Assembly: GCA_963811165.1 (NCBI GenBank)
Contig: CAWEQH010000010.1
Span: 864,001 to 928,000 of the forward strand
Direction of reading: 5' to 3'
Origin: an uncultured Nitrospiraceae bacterium
Lineage (GTDB): Bacteria > Nitrospirota > Thermodesulfovibrionia > Thermodesulfovibrionales > UBA6898
DNA length: 64,000 nucleotides
Positions 20,214 to 30,819 of this stretch are shown one piece after another. The notes under the pieces are model-generated. The model was not told where the DNA came from, did not search any database, and saw only the letters and a program-made list of their open reading frames with translations. Both the position numbers and the translations under genes were made by a program. Position 1 is the stretch's first letter; every line of letters starts with the position of its first letter.

Positions 20214-21333
20214 CCGGTAATGGGTTGGCAGTTGCCGAGCCGGAATATATGTGGTAATTTTGATCTCTTCCATTTAGTGTAACAACATAAGGCCCCTTAG
20301 ATGAATATACATGATCAGCGAGACAATCGGTGCTTCCAGTACCATCTCCAAAATCCCAGTTGCAGCTTACCGCATTACCCGGAGCGCCGGAAAATTCCAC
20401 CTCATAGGAGACCGGCCCGGCATACGGGTTAACTTGTACAAACGAATTTGGGTTTCCCCATGTAAATGGAGTCTGACCTCCTCCATGACACGATGTTGCG
20501 ACGCACGTGCCTCCCCCTGGATCATACGTGTACACAAAATTCACCGGACGGCCGTATGCAATGGTATTGGGGTTTGGCGCCACATCATATGTCCCGTTGG
20601 CATGTTTTGTGACGTCAAAAATGCTCCCGCCATCATGCGTCGTGGCGTAGTGGCACGTATCACAGCTCAGCGAGGCATGCTCAGTTAACAAATGGCTGTT
20701 GCTCTTTGGCTGATCTTGAGCGTATGAAGGTCTTCCATCAGTTGTACCGGCGCCGTGACATGCATTACATCCAATAGTTGTAAGAGTGTTCCATGCAGGA
20801 GAGGTGCCTGACGCAACAGTTCTTGGATCATTCAGTGGAGGAAGAGAACCGGAAGCACCGGTGTTTTGAGTACCCCCGGTGCCGTTGCTGTGACAATAAA
20901 TATTCGAGCATTTCATCGAACCGTTCTGAGTTATTGTCGTCCCGTTATTGCCGTTGTAAGTCCATGAAGGGTTAAGGGTTGTGCCATCATATATTGTACC
21001 AACTCCACTTCCGCCGTTTATGTTAAATCCCATTTGCAGCTTAGTGTTGCCGCATACAGGTGAGAATGGCATACCGTTAGAATGGCACTTATAACAAACA
21101 GGGCTTTCAGCTCCCCCAAATGTTGTGCCGGTATGCGCCAAGTGTGCTCCCGTGGTGAAACCCACTCCTGCAAGGCCGTCCGGACCGCCAAAAGTATTCA
21201 CAATAGGCGGGTTGCCATGACACTGGTTACACCCGCACTGAATATCAGCATAGGCGTAGGAAGATAACAACAGAAGACATACGATTGGTGCCAGAAAGAT
21301 GCCTTTTTTCATATCCTTTTTCTTCCCTTCCAT
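19441..21333 (-). CDS. Secreted multiheme cytochrome c (CxxxxCH/CxxCH type) with two PKD domains and carboxypeptidase-regulatory-like beta-sandwich tail
   Basis: CNQCH, CYKCH, CSNIYCH, CNACH, CDTCH, CVATSCH; WDFGDG and WGDG PKD motifs; YSFTNVKPGTYTV. Confidence 0.9.
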   Translation of the reverse strand: MEGKKKDMKKGIFLAPIVCLLLLSSYAYADIQCGCNQCHGNPPIVNTFGGPDGLAGVGFTTGAHLAHTGTTFGGAESPVCYKCHSNGMPFSPVCGNTKLQMGFNINGGSGVGTIYDGTTLNPSWTYNGNNGTTITQNGSMKCSNIYCHSNGTGGTQNTGASGSLPPLNDPRTVASGTSPAWNTLTTIGCNACHGAGTTDGRPSYAQDQPKSNSHLLTEHASLSCDTCHYATTHDGGSIFDVTKHANGTYDVAPNPNTIAYGRPVNFVYTYDPGGGTCVATSCHGGGQTPFTWGNPNSFVQVNPYAGPVSYEVEFSGAPGNAVSCNWDFGDGTGSTDCLADHVYSSKGPYVVTLNGRDQNYHIYSGSATANPLPVNLPPVALISNLNVTANTWTVSLTDASTDAAAFPANAIRVTWGDGYSSTGNAGAAFSHTYTAAGTYPITLSVTDAGGLSNSTTASSGPLSTFTISGTVTGASPNVNNVLVSLKSGATVVGSTYTPTSGTGTYSFTNVKPGTYTVVPSKSGVTFNPQASGSVTVGPSASGVDFAASGTATTKYSIAVTTSPVVSGATITVKNSSGTIVAQGTTNAGGTYMTATTMSNGTYSVQAYKYGVLNSTKPVTIADANASVSFP

Positions 21334-21375
21334 AGAGTCCCCCCAAATATTTATATAATTCTCCGTTATTTTCTT

Positions 21376-21392
21376 CGCAAGAAAAATGCCAA
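21376..21392 (-). promoter_or_regulatory. Sigma54 -24/-12 promoter
   Basis: TTGGCATTTTTCTTGCG on the minus strand, upstream of 21333. Confidence 0.7.
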
Positions 21393-21674
21393 GTCAAAAG
21401 AGAGACTTGTTTCTGAAGCAATCTCGATTTTTTACCGCGAATTGCGTGAGGCCGCAAAAAACTAAAGAGCCAAGCGGCAATTTTTGCCGCTTCCGGATTT
21501 TTTTTGGTAAAAATCTGTGTATTGGCGTTGATTTTGACCAAGATGCGGCGCCAGATCAAAGGGCCAACATGGAGAGAAGGTGACCTTAAATTGGCAGGCT
21601 ATAGGATCTTTTTGGGGCCTGCGGACCAAGTTTTTTCGCCTGACCTGAGCCAAGATCGGTACATCTAAAACCGC

Positions 21675-21710
21675 GTGACTAAAATAACCCTTTTTAGGGT
21701 GAGATAACCC
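21675..21710. promoter_or_regulatory. Enhancer-like double-box motif, copy 1 of 6
   Basis: GTGACTAAAATAACCC-TTTTTA-GGGTGAGATAACCC. Confidence 0.75.
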
Positions 21711-21939
21711 GAATAATCGGAAAGCAATGTCATCAACTTAAATTACATAAAATTGCATAGTTAATGTCTGTTTATAACTTTGAAGTACTTCTTCTTTTTG
21801 TTATTCCTGAAAAAGGTGAGAACCCAGTGATTTCAAGGGCCTTGGATTGCCAGGTCAAGATTGGGAGTGAAAGAAGCTGAGTTTATGCGCTGACTCCAGC
21901 AGGTAATATCCTGACCAACAATTGTGCAAATGCAAAGCC

Positions 21940-21955
21940 CGGCGCGATATTTGCT
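21940..21955 (+). promoter_or_regulatory. Sigma54 -24/-12 promoter
   Basis: CGGCGCGATATTTGCT (GG-N10-GC) upstream of 22023. Confidence 0.6.
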
Positions 21956-22022
21956 GTAATCTTGTTTAGCATAAAGAACGTTCTATGCATGCACTTTATT
22001 GTTTTACAATTTGGAGGGCAAT

Positions 22023-23907
22023 ATGGAAGGGAAAAAAGATATGAGAAAAGGCATCATTCTGTCATCAATCGTACTGTCTTCTGCTGTTATCCTCCTACGC
22101 CTACACTGCTGATTTTCAGTGCGGTTGTAACCAATGTCATGGCAACCCGCCTATTGTGAACACGTTCGGCGCCCCGAACGGTCTTTCAGGGGTGGGTTTC
22201 ACCGCGGGATCACATTTGGCACATACCCATGGAACGTTTGGCGCCGCGCAGAACAACGTCTGTTATGAGTGTCATTTCAACGGTATGCCGTTCACGTCCG
22301 TGTGCGGCAATACTCAGCTGCAAATGGGATTCAACATAAACGGCGGAAGTGGAGTCGGTACCATATATGACGGCAGCACAACCCTTAACTCTCCATGGAC
22401 TTACAACGGCAATAACGGGACGACAATAACTCAGAACGGTTCGATGAAATGCTCGAATATTTATTGCCACAGCAACGGCACCGGAGGCACGGCCAATATA
22501 AACGCTATTGGAGTGCCTCCACTGACCGATCCAAGACCGCTTACAGCCAACACGTCGCCGGGTTGGGGCGGAAGTTATCCGATGGTATGCAGCAACTGGA
22601 CCGGCCAATCCTGTTCTACTTCGGTGAGCTGTCACTTAGGCGGCTATATCATTGACCCGACGCAGACCTACAACAACTCATATCGGTCGTGCTACTACTG
22701 TCATGGACCGAACCCTCCGGGCAGCTTCACTAAACCCTCATATCCCTCAAGTCCTCACAAATGTTACGGCTGCCATAACTATCCTCCGACTTACGCACAG
22801 GACCAGCCAAAGTCCAACAGTCACTGGATCCATTCTTACTGGGCATCATGCAATGCCTGTCATTTCGCAACAACATCAGATGGAATGACTATAAAGGACC
22901 CCTCAAAACATGCTAACGGAGTGTATGATGTGGTTCCCGATACTTCTGCCCTTTATAATACGACCCCGGTGAATTTCAACTATGCATACGATATCGGGGG
23001 CGGGACCTGCAGTAATATTAGTTGCCATCAAGCAAGAGGTATAGGAACAATACAGCATTGGAGCGGCGTCTGGATAAACATCAATAGGGCATGGAATAGT
23101 GGGCCGGCATGTTACCAGATAGCATTTTCCAATGTGAACGCGTGGGGCGGCATGGCGCCATATACCTATTTCTGGGATTTCGGCGACGGCACCACCTCGA
23201 CCGATCAAAATCCCACCCACATCTACCCATCAGGAGGGACGCGTAACGGAACGGTTTATGCCAGGGATGCAAACAATCATCTGGGGGCCAGTGCCGTTTG
23301 GCCTACTGCCGAATCGGTCAATACTGCCGCGGTGGCGAACTTTGCGGTCTCTGTATACGGATGGACGGTTACGTTGACAGACTTGTCCTACGACACGGAT
23401 TACAATTCCTGCGGCCATTCGGGACCGGGGCAAATACAGATTATGTGGGGAGACATGTACGCAGGCTACCCGAGAACAACAGAGGCAATTAATTTGACCG
23501 ATCAGCCGTCGGGGAAAATTTATACCCATACATACTCCACAATGACTAACCTCCCTAATGCTCAGATATTCGATATTATCACCGATAATTCAAATGTTCA
23601 GTCACAGAAATATATGGGTGTAGCTATACCTACGACTTACACGGTCAGCGGCAGGGTGGCTAACGCCGCCGGAGCGGGTTTGCAAAATGCACTTGTTTAT
23701 TTGAGAAACATGGACGGAACAGCTCCCTCCTTCGGCACAATCGTCGTGTATACGGATGCAAATGGCTATTACACCATCAGCAATACGGCCGTAGACGGGA
23801 TCTGCTATGTGGTGAAACAACCTGTTATGTACGGTTATACCTTTACTCCGGGAGATCAGACTGTTTGCTCAGCCAGCAGCACGGTGAATTTCACAGCCGC
23901 GCCTTAG
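22023..23907 (+). pseudogene. Multiheme cytochrome c with PKD tail, paralog of 19441-21333; +1 frameshift (extra C at 22074) in the signal peptide
   Basis: Alignment with the paralog: ATC GTA TGT CTT versus ATC GTA C TGT CTT. Removing the C gives MRKGIILSSIVCLLLLSSYAYTADFQCGCNQCH in frame with the 22156 ORF. Five CxxCH, two CX4CH and one CX5CH; YFWDFGDG. Confidence 0.8.
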
Positions 23908-23928
23908 CTTCTATTCTTGTTTCTGAAG

Positions 23929-23973
23929 AATCCGGTACACACCCCCATACATAAAAGGGAAGTGTACCGGATT
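23929..23973. terminator. Hairpin between convergent genes (bidirectional terminator)
   Basis: AATCCGGTACAC...GTGTACCGGATT 12-bp stem. Confidence 0.6.
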
Positions 23974-24046
23974 TCCCCTACAAAACACGCTCCAATATGG
24001 GTTGACTATGTTTGAATATATTTTTAGGAACAGTCATTTCACAGAT

Positions 24047-25900
24047 TTATGGATACGACTTGTGATCATGATTCACTCCGTGGCATATAAGAGTACAGTT
24101 CCCGGAAAAAGTTCCTGTGTCAATAAACAGAGGGACATTATTGGGCGGAGTCTGACTTGGAGGAGAAACTATCCTGATATCAAAATTGATAAGATGTGTG
24201 TGATTTCCGGAAAGATGATTGTCCTGTATCCCGTGTGCATCATGGCAGGCGGAACATGGGGCTCCCGCAGCAAGATGACCGCTGTGGCCGCCCTTTTTCG
24301 TGAGAGTATTTTTCTTGAAGCTATCATCCCTTAAAATGCTGTCTCTGTTATGGCACCGGTAACAGAGTGCGTAATTCTGATACATCTCAGTAGTCCCGTC
24401 GGTTGTTTCATATTCATCCCGCAATATCGGAAAATATGCTGACCCGTGTGGCCCTCTGGACATCCCATTGTCGTCACTATGACAATCAGTGCAAAAGATA
24501 ATGCTCGATGTGGAAAGCGTAGGCGCTAACTGAGAGGGGATGCTCGGAACACTCGGGTTTCGTCCCGTTCCCTCAACGGAATGGTAGGACGGATTTATCA
24601 GATCGAAAGCCAATCTCTTGTTGGCAGTGTTCACGACTCTCGGGATAACGGTAACCTGGGGGGCTAAATCCGAATGACACTTGAAACAGATTTCATATTC
24701 ATATGTGGCATTATCGACACCGACTCTGTTCATGTCCAATCCGCTTACTTTTTCGAGTCTTCCGGAAACGTAAGGAGGCGCCGCTGTCCGGCCATTGGCG
24801 GCATGCGGGTTATGGCAATCTACGCATTCCACATGACGATTCGTGATCCATACAGGACGCTCCTTCGGGTCATGAATCGCCGTCGTAGCTTCCACAGGGT
24901 GTCTCGATATTTTCTGAAACTGTGCCTTTATGTTTTTAGTTGCGACGTTCCCGTCGTGGCAGAGATAGCAGTTTTTTTCTTCCTCCTGGAAGTACAATAA
25001 TCTTTGCGCCCCGCCCGCGGAATGAGAGGTATGGCAGCTTTCGCATCCCCATTCGGCGGCAGTAACCCATGTCGGCCATTTTTTCGGAGGCACAGGAAGG
25101 ATTCTTGCCAGGGGACGCACTGTTGCCGTGGTCTTGTGGGTCCCCATCTGCCACCCGTCGACGGCGCTATGGCATTTCGTGCAAAGAGCCGAGTAGCGAT
25201 TGTCCGCAACGAGAAATTTACCGGTAAGTTTCCCGTCGAGGTCAGGGGATTTATAGGCGTCCTCGTGGGCGTCATGACAGGTCGAGCACTCGATAAAACC
25301 GTTCCCGTAAAAGATGAGCCCAGCCGGCAAAGCCGGAAAAAGTCCGGCAAGCGGATTCAGGACCGAAGCATTATAAGAAAAGGAGAAGGGGTGGTCCCCG
25401 GATAAGATCGTGCCGAGATATGACGGTCCACCCATGCTGATTGTCCCTCTCATTGCAATCCCGGATTGAGGCCTTAGGACCTCGCCAAGCGCCACTGTAC
25501 CGTCATGGCAGCTAAGGCAAAGACGTGAAGGGCCTTTCGGCTGGGAAGGGTTGGCCGCGATTGTCGTGCTCGTATAGGGAACGTAGTTGATGGGTTTTAA
25601 CGGCTTGTTCCACAAAGGCGTTTTAGGGACCGCATTATGAGGCGTGTGACAGAAAATGCAGATCTCGGTTTCGGTGAGAGATTTGATCTCACCCGGCCCT
25701 GAAACGGATAAATTGTGTTTGGTATTCATTATGCCTTCCTTTGCAGCGGCGGCAAAATTCGGGAGAACGAGCAATATACAACTGGCCGTCAAAAAAAATA
25801 AAAAGACAGGCGAACATAGAGGTGCGTAAGACAAATATTGATATCTCATATGTTTTTTCAAGTCCCTAATCCAGTCCGTGGCCATCTTCAATAATCTCAA
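24047..25900 (-). CDS. Multiheme cytochrome c (11 CxxCH + 1 CX3CH) with an N-terminal OmcE-like tetraheme module; start uncertain (25849-25900)
   Basis: NTKHNLS..EICIFCHTPHNA..PLWN..LCLSCHDG..DHP..ECSTCHDAH..LCTKCH, followed by 7 more CxxCH and CTLICH. Confidence 0.9.
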   Translation of the reverse strand: MRLLKMATDWIRDLKKHMRYQYLSYAPLCSPVFLFFLTASCILLVLPNFAAAAKEGIMNTKHNLSVSGPGEIKSLTETEICIFCHTPHNAVPKTPLWNKPLKPINYVPYTSTTIAANPSQPKGPSRLCLSCHDGTVALGEVLRPQSGIAMRGTISMGGPSYLGTILSGDHPFSFSYNASVLNPLAGLFPALPAGLIFYGNGFIECSTCHDAHEDAYKSPDLDGKLTGKFLVADNRYSALCTKCHSAVDGWQMGTHKTTATVRPLARILPVPPKKWPTWVTAAEWGCESCHTSHSAGGAQRLLYFQEEEKNCYLCHDGNVATKNIKAQFQKISRHPVEATTAIHDPKERPVWITNRHVECVDCHNPHAANGRTAAPPYVSGRLEKVSGLDMNRVGVDNATYEYEICFKCHSDLAPQVTVIPRVVNTANKRLAFDLINPSYHSVEGTGRNPSVPSIPSQLAPTLSTSSIIFCTDCHSDDNGMSRGPHGSAYFPILRDEYETTDGTTEMYQNYALCYRCHNRDSILRDDSFKKNTLTKKGGHSGHLAAGAPCSACHDAHGIQDNHLSGNHTHLINFDIRIVSPPSQTPPNNVPLFIDTGTFSGNCTLICHGVNHDHKSYP

Positions 25901-26909
25901 AGATCTGTATCCTATGGTTGAACGTATCGCTCACATAGAGCTTGCCATCAGAGCCGATGGAAATCCCGGAGGGAAGCCAGAACTCAGCCTCACCCCAGCC
26001 CCTGCTTCCCACAGTCAAAAGAAATTCTCCCGCCCGGTTGAAGAGCTGAACATTATCGAAAAGAGTGTCCACGACATAGACAGTCCCTTTCTTGTCGACT
26101 GCGACACCCTTTGGCATTGAAAAATCACCCGATCCGTCACCGTGATGTCCGAAGGCAGACAAATAGGTCCCCGATGCATCAAAGATCTGGATCCTAAAAT
26201 TCAGCGTATCCGTTACGTAAATCTGTCCTGAGTAAGTCCAAACGATGTGTGTCGGATAATTGAATTCGCCCTTCCCATCGCCTCGCCGGCCGAATGAAAA
26301 GACCGCCTTCCCATTTCTGTCGAACGCATAAATCTTATTGGAGAGAGTATCGACTACATATAAAATCTTCCTATCGGAATTATACGCGAGACCCGTGGGT
26401 CTCTTCAACGTGTCCCCGTCCGCTTTTTCGATGGCAAAAAGATAATCGCCCTGATTATCAAACACGAATACTTTGCCGGCCGCCGAGTCCGATATGTACA
26501 ACCTTGATTCGTCGTCGAAAACAAGCCCCACAGGAGACCTGATGTCACTTTCCCCTGCCGTCAGGAGCTTTACATACCGTTTTTCAGAGGGAACATAAAG
26601 GTAGACACACCCAGGGGTCGCGATGGCGAGTCTCCCGACATGATCCGTAGTGACAGCTACAGGGCGCATGAGCTCGTCTTGGCCCAGACCAAAAAATACG
26701 CTTTTCGGAGAGACGCCAGTCTCTTTGAAACCCGTAATCGTGGCGACATGCCTAATTATCGGCTTTTCAGGCGGCTGCGGCCACAGGAACTCGGCACTTG
26801 AGGGCTTCTGTTGTATGACCCAATTAGTCGCGCACCCCAAAGCCGCAAAGGGAATGAGAATACACAATGTCCCCAGCATCTTTCGCGTTGTCCTATTATT
26901 TCCATTCAT
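25866..26909 (-). CDS. NHL-repeat beta-propeller lipoprotein
   Basis: ALGC lipobox; repeated F..P.G.AVD..G..YV.D..N.RIQIF. Confidence 0.9.
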   Translation of the reverse strand: MNGNNRTTRKMLGTLCILIPFAALGCATNWVIQQKPSSAEFLWPQPPEKPIIRHVATITGFKETGVSPKSVFFGLGQDELMRPVAVTTDHVGRLAIATPGCVYLYVPSEKRYVKLLTAGESDIRSPVGLVFDDESRLYISDSAAGKVFVFDNQGDYLFAIEKADGDTLKRPTGLAYNSDRKILYVVDTLSNKIYAFDRNGKAVFSFGRRGDGKGEFNYPTHIVWTYSGQIYVTDTLNFRIQIFDASGTYLSAFGHHGDGSGDFSMPKGVAVDKKGTVYVVDTLFDNVQLFNRAGEFLLTVGSRGWGEAEFWLPSGISIGSDGKLYVSDTFNHRIQIFEIIEDGHGLD

Positions 26910-26953
26910 GTTTTTATGCTATGCAAAAAACCTGCTATGTATGAGAGATTGGC

Positions 26954-27949
26954 TCACTGATTCCCTTCCATCGTTTTCACTATCTCGATCTTCGCGTCAT
27001 GTTTCAATTCAGTTTCCCATTCCCTGATCCTCTTCTGCCGCGCTTCGAATTTCAGTCTTGCCTCGAGAAGAGGCTGAGCTTCTTCAAAAGTATGCAGCTC
27101 CTCAGGCTCATATTGATCGAGTTTAATGATATGGAGGCCGTTGGACAATTTCAAAACGCCCGAAAGCTCGCCAACCTTGAGCTTCTTTGTCTCACTGTAG
27201 AGTTCAGGCTCTTTCTCTTTCTTAATCTGAAATTGCCTCACGATAAACGTGCCGTCCGGTGTGAGGGTATTTGGGTTTTTATCCTTGTCGTTTTCAATCC
27301 TGAGGAGGATATCCTCTGCCATCCTTATCGAATCCTTATCATCGGCCTTCAAAAAAATGACCACATCGCTGATAATAGCTTTTTCCGGCTTGTTAAACTT
27401 CTCTTTCGTCTTTTCGTATTCCTTTCTGACATCATCCTCCCTGACGACAATCCTCTCCTGCACCTCTTTATCGAACACGAGATCAAAAATCAGGCCCCTT
27501 TCGATCTGTGCGGCCAATTCCGCCTCGGTAAGCGCTTCCCGATCAAGGAAGTTCTTGTACTTTTCCTCACTCCCCAGGTTCTTCTTCAGTTTGGCGATTG
27601 CCTCTTCAATGCTCTTGTGTTCCACTTTCAGTCCCAAGACTTTCGCCTTCTGACATGCAAGTTCCTGTAATATCAGCAGATCGATCGCCCGCTGCCTTAT
27701 ATTGCCGGGCGAATGGAATTCCTTTGTTGCCTTCCCGCCAATTCGCCTCACCTCGGTAGCAACTGACTTCTCGGTAATAGGTACCCCGTTGACCTTCGCT
27801 ACGTTCTCATCCCCCGCCTTACCGTGTCCCGCGCCCTCCCCGGTCCGGCCCTCAGGCCCCTGCTTGACCTCTCCTATGGCAAAGGTCTGAAACGATATAC
27901 AGACAAATACCAGCGCCAATACTGCAACAACCCCCCAAGCTCTTTTCAT
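26954..27949 (-). CDS. SurA/PrsA-like periplasmic chaperone / peptidyl-prolyl isomerase
   Basis: VAKVNGVPIT, LKVGELSGVLKLSNGLHIIKL, TFEEA, ELKHDAKIEI; start MKRAWG 27949 with RBS. Confidence 0.85.
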   Translation of the reverse strand: MKRAWGVVAVLALVFVCISFQTFAIGEVKQGPEGRTGEGAGHGKAGDENVAKVNGVPITEKSVATEVRRIGGKATKEFHSPGNIRQRAIDLLILQELACQKAKVLGLKVEHKSIEEAIAKLKKNLGSEEKYKNFLDREALTEAELAAQIERGLIFDLVFDKEVQERIVVREDDVRKEYEKTKEKFNKPEKAIISDVVIFLKADDKDSIRMAEDILLRIENDKDKNPNTLTPDGTFIVRQFQIKKEKEPELYSETKKLKVGELSGVLKLSNGLHIIKLDQYEPEELHTFEEAQPLLEARLKFEARQKRIREWETELKHDAKIEIVKTMEGNQ

Positions 27950-28081
27950 GTGCATTCTCCATTTCATATTCATACTATTGCTGTATTTATTTTGCAGAAG
28001 GAACAGCCCTGAAAAAATCCGGGGAATTCCTCCACAATTCCGATGCATTGTTGTTTTTATTTTATTCTTTTTCATTTTCGT

Positions 28082-30136
28082 TCAAAAAAGTTTCCTCCTT
28101 ATATTAATGTAAAAATACGTATAATTTGCTTTCTCGTTGCCAAAGGTAGACCTCGTCTCTTTTCTGCTGATATCCGCGCCCATCTTGAGATCGAAGATCT
28201 TGGGTCTCCTCCAGATGACGGAACTGTTGAGCGAATATGTCGCTGAGGTAAATATGCCGCTTTGCTGCTCGTAGGTGCCGGCCAGAGAAAGAGTGATATT
28301 CCTGTGCGGGAAGCGTTTATCAAACCGTACAATTCCGGAGAAACTCCGTTCTCTGTTCGTGATATTTGCCGTTCCTTGCACCTGGCCGTATGAAGCAAGC
28401 GTAAAGTTGGCGCTCGCCGACAGTTTCGCGGTTTCAGTAATGTCCCGCTGCATATTTGCCAGGGCCCTGAACGTTTTGGAGGGATTCAGATTCGATTGAA
28501 AATTCTCATACTCCACCGAAAGAGAATACCAGGGTCTTTCGCTCGAGATGCCAAAGATATCATCGCTGCTCTTTTCAGGTCCTCCCGGGATAGAACCCGA
28601 GGTGATCGTCTGTGTCACTCCGATATGAGAAGAGTAAACACTGAGGAGCCTTTCAAAAAACTGGAGTCTCAGGGAATATCCGACGCTCGTCGACTCCAAC
28701 CCGAAGACGGCAGAGATAAGAGAATAAGAAACATTGAACTCGTACACAAACTGCGGATCAGGCCTTAACGCTTCGGCCGGGATCGCTATAATTTGTATCT
28801 GGACGGTGTTGCCGATTAATACGACTGTATAGTTGATATTTTGGACGAGGTCTATAACGACGTTGCCGGGATCGGACCTGACTGTAATGCTGATGGAAGA
28901 CAGGTCGATATTGGCGTTTTGGATCTTGAATTGTCCGAACAACGCGGCACTATGGACTTCGTTCACCGTGGAGGGCGCCCCTTTTCCGTCCACCGTCGAG
29001 AGGCCCAGGTTGACCGTCGCTATCATCTGCCCTTTGGGAATATTGTTCGTGTAGGTACTGTTGAAGAAATGAGAAACTGTCGTAAGGTCCCCGGTTGAGG
29101 ACGTATTCGTCAAATAATTGAAGCTATAGGCAGTGATCAGGCTCTCATAAAGCTTATGGGTGATGGTGGCACCCATCGAGTTGGTCGTCGAGCCTAACGA
29201 CGCGGATGGGCCTGCAGCGGCGTTCGACCCCACATCGTCCCTCATATAATGATAGGAAAGGTCCGCAGCGAAATTATAGGGAAGAATGACGCTCGCAAGT
29301 TCGTTCGCTGCGAGCCTCTTGTCGTTAAGGGCCGTCGATGACGCCGGATTCACTTGTTTGAGGTTGTCCGCATTGATATCGGAAGAGAGTCGAATTCTCC
29401 CTTTTAGGAGCGGCAGCTGGTTGCTGAAGGTAAAGTCGTCCTGGGTGCCATTTGTTGTCTGTAGCCCTCCAATCAGGTTTTCGGATGTCGTGTGGAAGTA
29501 AGTCCCCGAAAACGATGTCCAGCGGGGATGATAATTTGCGATTGCCCTGAGTGTGGAGGAGTCCGAGGTGACGGACTGAGATTCGGTGCTGGAGAGAGAA
29601 TAGTTGAGCACGACAAGGAAAGGCCTCTTTTTGTATTTGAACGTGACTCCTTCCTCGGTGCTTACCCCCTGGAACCCCGGCGTGGTGGTCCCGCGGATAT
29701 ATGGGTTGTGGCGCGAAGCGTTCAACTCAAGGGTGTTGGGATGCTCCGGCAAGACTACAGCCAACAGGTCATATTCCTCTGCAAGAGCAGTAGTCCACGA
29801 TCCATTCCCTGCGGAAGGTCCGGCGAAGCCGCTATCGGTCTTAAACATCTCATGGTTCAATCCAAGAGTCACGTCTGCAAGGAACTGGATAAATTGCGGA
29901 CGAAAAATGAACCCTGCAGTGCTGAGTTCGATCCTTTCCGTAAAAAAAATATCCGTGGTGTTCAGCCCTTGCGATGCTGAAGTATTCTTAAGCGAGTTGT
30001 AAAGGGCGCCGACTTGAAGCTCGCCCTCAACGCCGTACAGCCTCGGAACGAACTGGCGCATATCAGCAGGGGCAAACGAGGGAACTGCAAGAAATACCGT
30101 CAGCAGGAAGACAACGTATTTCAAGATCATTCTCAT
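28082..30136 (-). CDS. Large outer-membrane beta-barrel protein with an inserted extracellular domain
   Basis: Signal peptide, alternating amphipathic beta strands, C-terminal YINIRRKLF (BAM-type terminal Phe). Confidence 0.8.
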   Translation of the reverse strand: MRMILKYVVFLLTVFLAVPSFAPADMRQFVPRLYGVEGELQVGALYNSLKNTSASQGLNTTDIFFTERIELSTAGFIFRPQFIQFLADVTLGLNHEMFKTDSGFAGPSAGNGSWTTALAEEYDLLAVVLPEHPNTLELNASRHNPYIRGTTTPGFQGVSTEEGVTFKYKKRPFLVVLNYSLSSTESQSVTSDSSTLRAIANYHPRWTSFSGTYFHTTSENLIGGLQTTNGTQDDFTFSNQLPLLKGRIRLSSDINADNLKQVNPASSTALNDKRLAANELASVILPYNFAADLSYHYMRDDVGSNAAAGPSASLGSTTNSMGATITHKLYESLITAYSFNYLTNTSSTGDLTTVSHFFNSTYTNNIPKGQMIATVNLGLSTVDGKGAPSTVNEVHSAALFGQFKIQNANIDLSSISITVRSDPGNVVIDLVQNINYTVVLIGNTVQIQIIAIPAEALRPDPQFVYEFNVSYSLISAVFGLESTSVGYSLRLQFFERLLSVYSSHIGVTQTITSGSIPGGPEKSSDDIFGISSERPWYSLSVEYENFQSNLNPSKTFRALANMQRDITETAKLSASANFTLASYGQVQGTANITNRERSFSGIVRFDKRFPHRNITLSLAGTYEQQSGIFTSATYSLNSSVIWRRPKIFDLKMGADISRKETRSTFGNEKANYTYFYINIRRKLF

Positions 30137-30194
30137 CGCCGCTATATAGCTCGTGTATCACTTTTCTGTTCTCGAAACAATTACTGTCCTCATT

Positions 30195-30713
30195 TCATTT
30201 CAGCAAATACTGTTGATCGGAACTATGGGCGTTGTGGCATTCCGTGCACTCCGCTTCAACACCTGCATGCGCCCCATTTCGTTCGATCGCACGCTTTTCA
30301 TGACAAAAAAGGCAAAACTGCTTCGGATCCGAAGAGAGGAGAAAACCATAGGTCGATCCATGCGGCTCGTGGCATACCCTGCAGCCTCCGGATGCCACTG
30401 GACCGTGGATATATTTCTTTCTTATATTCAGGTCATGGCACTTAAGGCAAAGCTCCTCAAGCGGCAGGAGAAGCGCGTTTGTCCCCCTCTCGTGGCACGC
30501 GTTACAAAGCCCTGCGGCGTAAGGACCGTGCGGTCTAAAGCCGGCCCTCTCGGCCAGAGCCGGTCCCGCCGGCTTTCCCTTGGCTTCTACTTTCTTCTCC
30601 TTTTCCGGCGGCGGCACGCCCATAAAGAAAAAATTCAACACCTTATATCTGGTTGCCGGCTCGCATCCGCATACGAGGGCGGAAATTAATAAAGAAAGTA
30701 CAATCAGTCGCAA
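30195..30713 (-). CDS. Pentaheme cytochrome c lipoprotein (doubled CxxCH type)
   Basis: VCGC lipobox; CNACH, CLKCH, CRVCH, CLFCH, CTECH; HGPY/HGPV motifs. Confidence 0.88.
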   Translation of the reverse strand: MRLIVLSLLISALVCGCEPATRYKVLNFFFMGVPPPEKEKKVEAKGKPAGPALAERAGFRPHGPYAAGLCNACHERGTNALLLPLEELCLKCHDLNIRKKYIHGPVASGGCRVCHEPHGSTYGFLLSSDPKQFCLFCHEKRAIERNGAHAGVEAECTECHNAHSSDQQYLLK

Positions 30714-30819
30714 TTGGTAGATCCATCGTGAGGCAAAGACAAAGGGTTCATGAGGACCTCTTTGAAATAGGGCGATGAGATCCTTTGCCGGATGCTAAAT
30801 CTCCCAATTTCCCCCTTCC

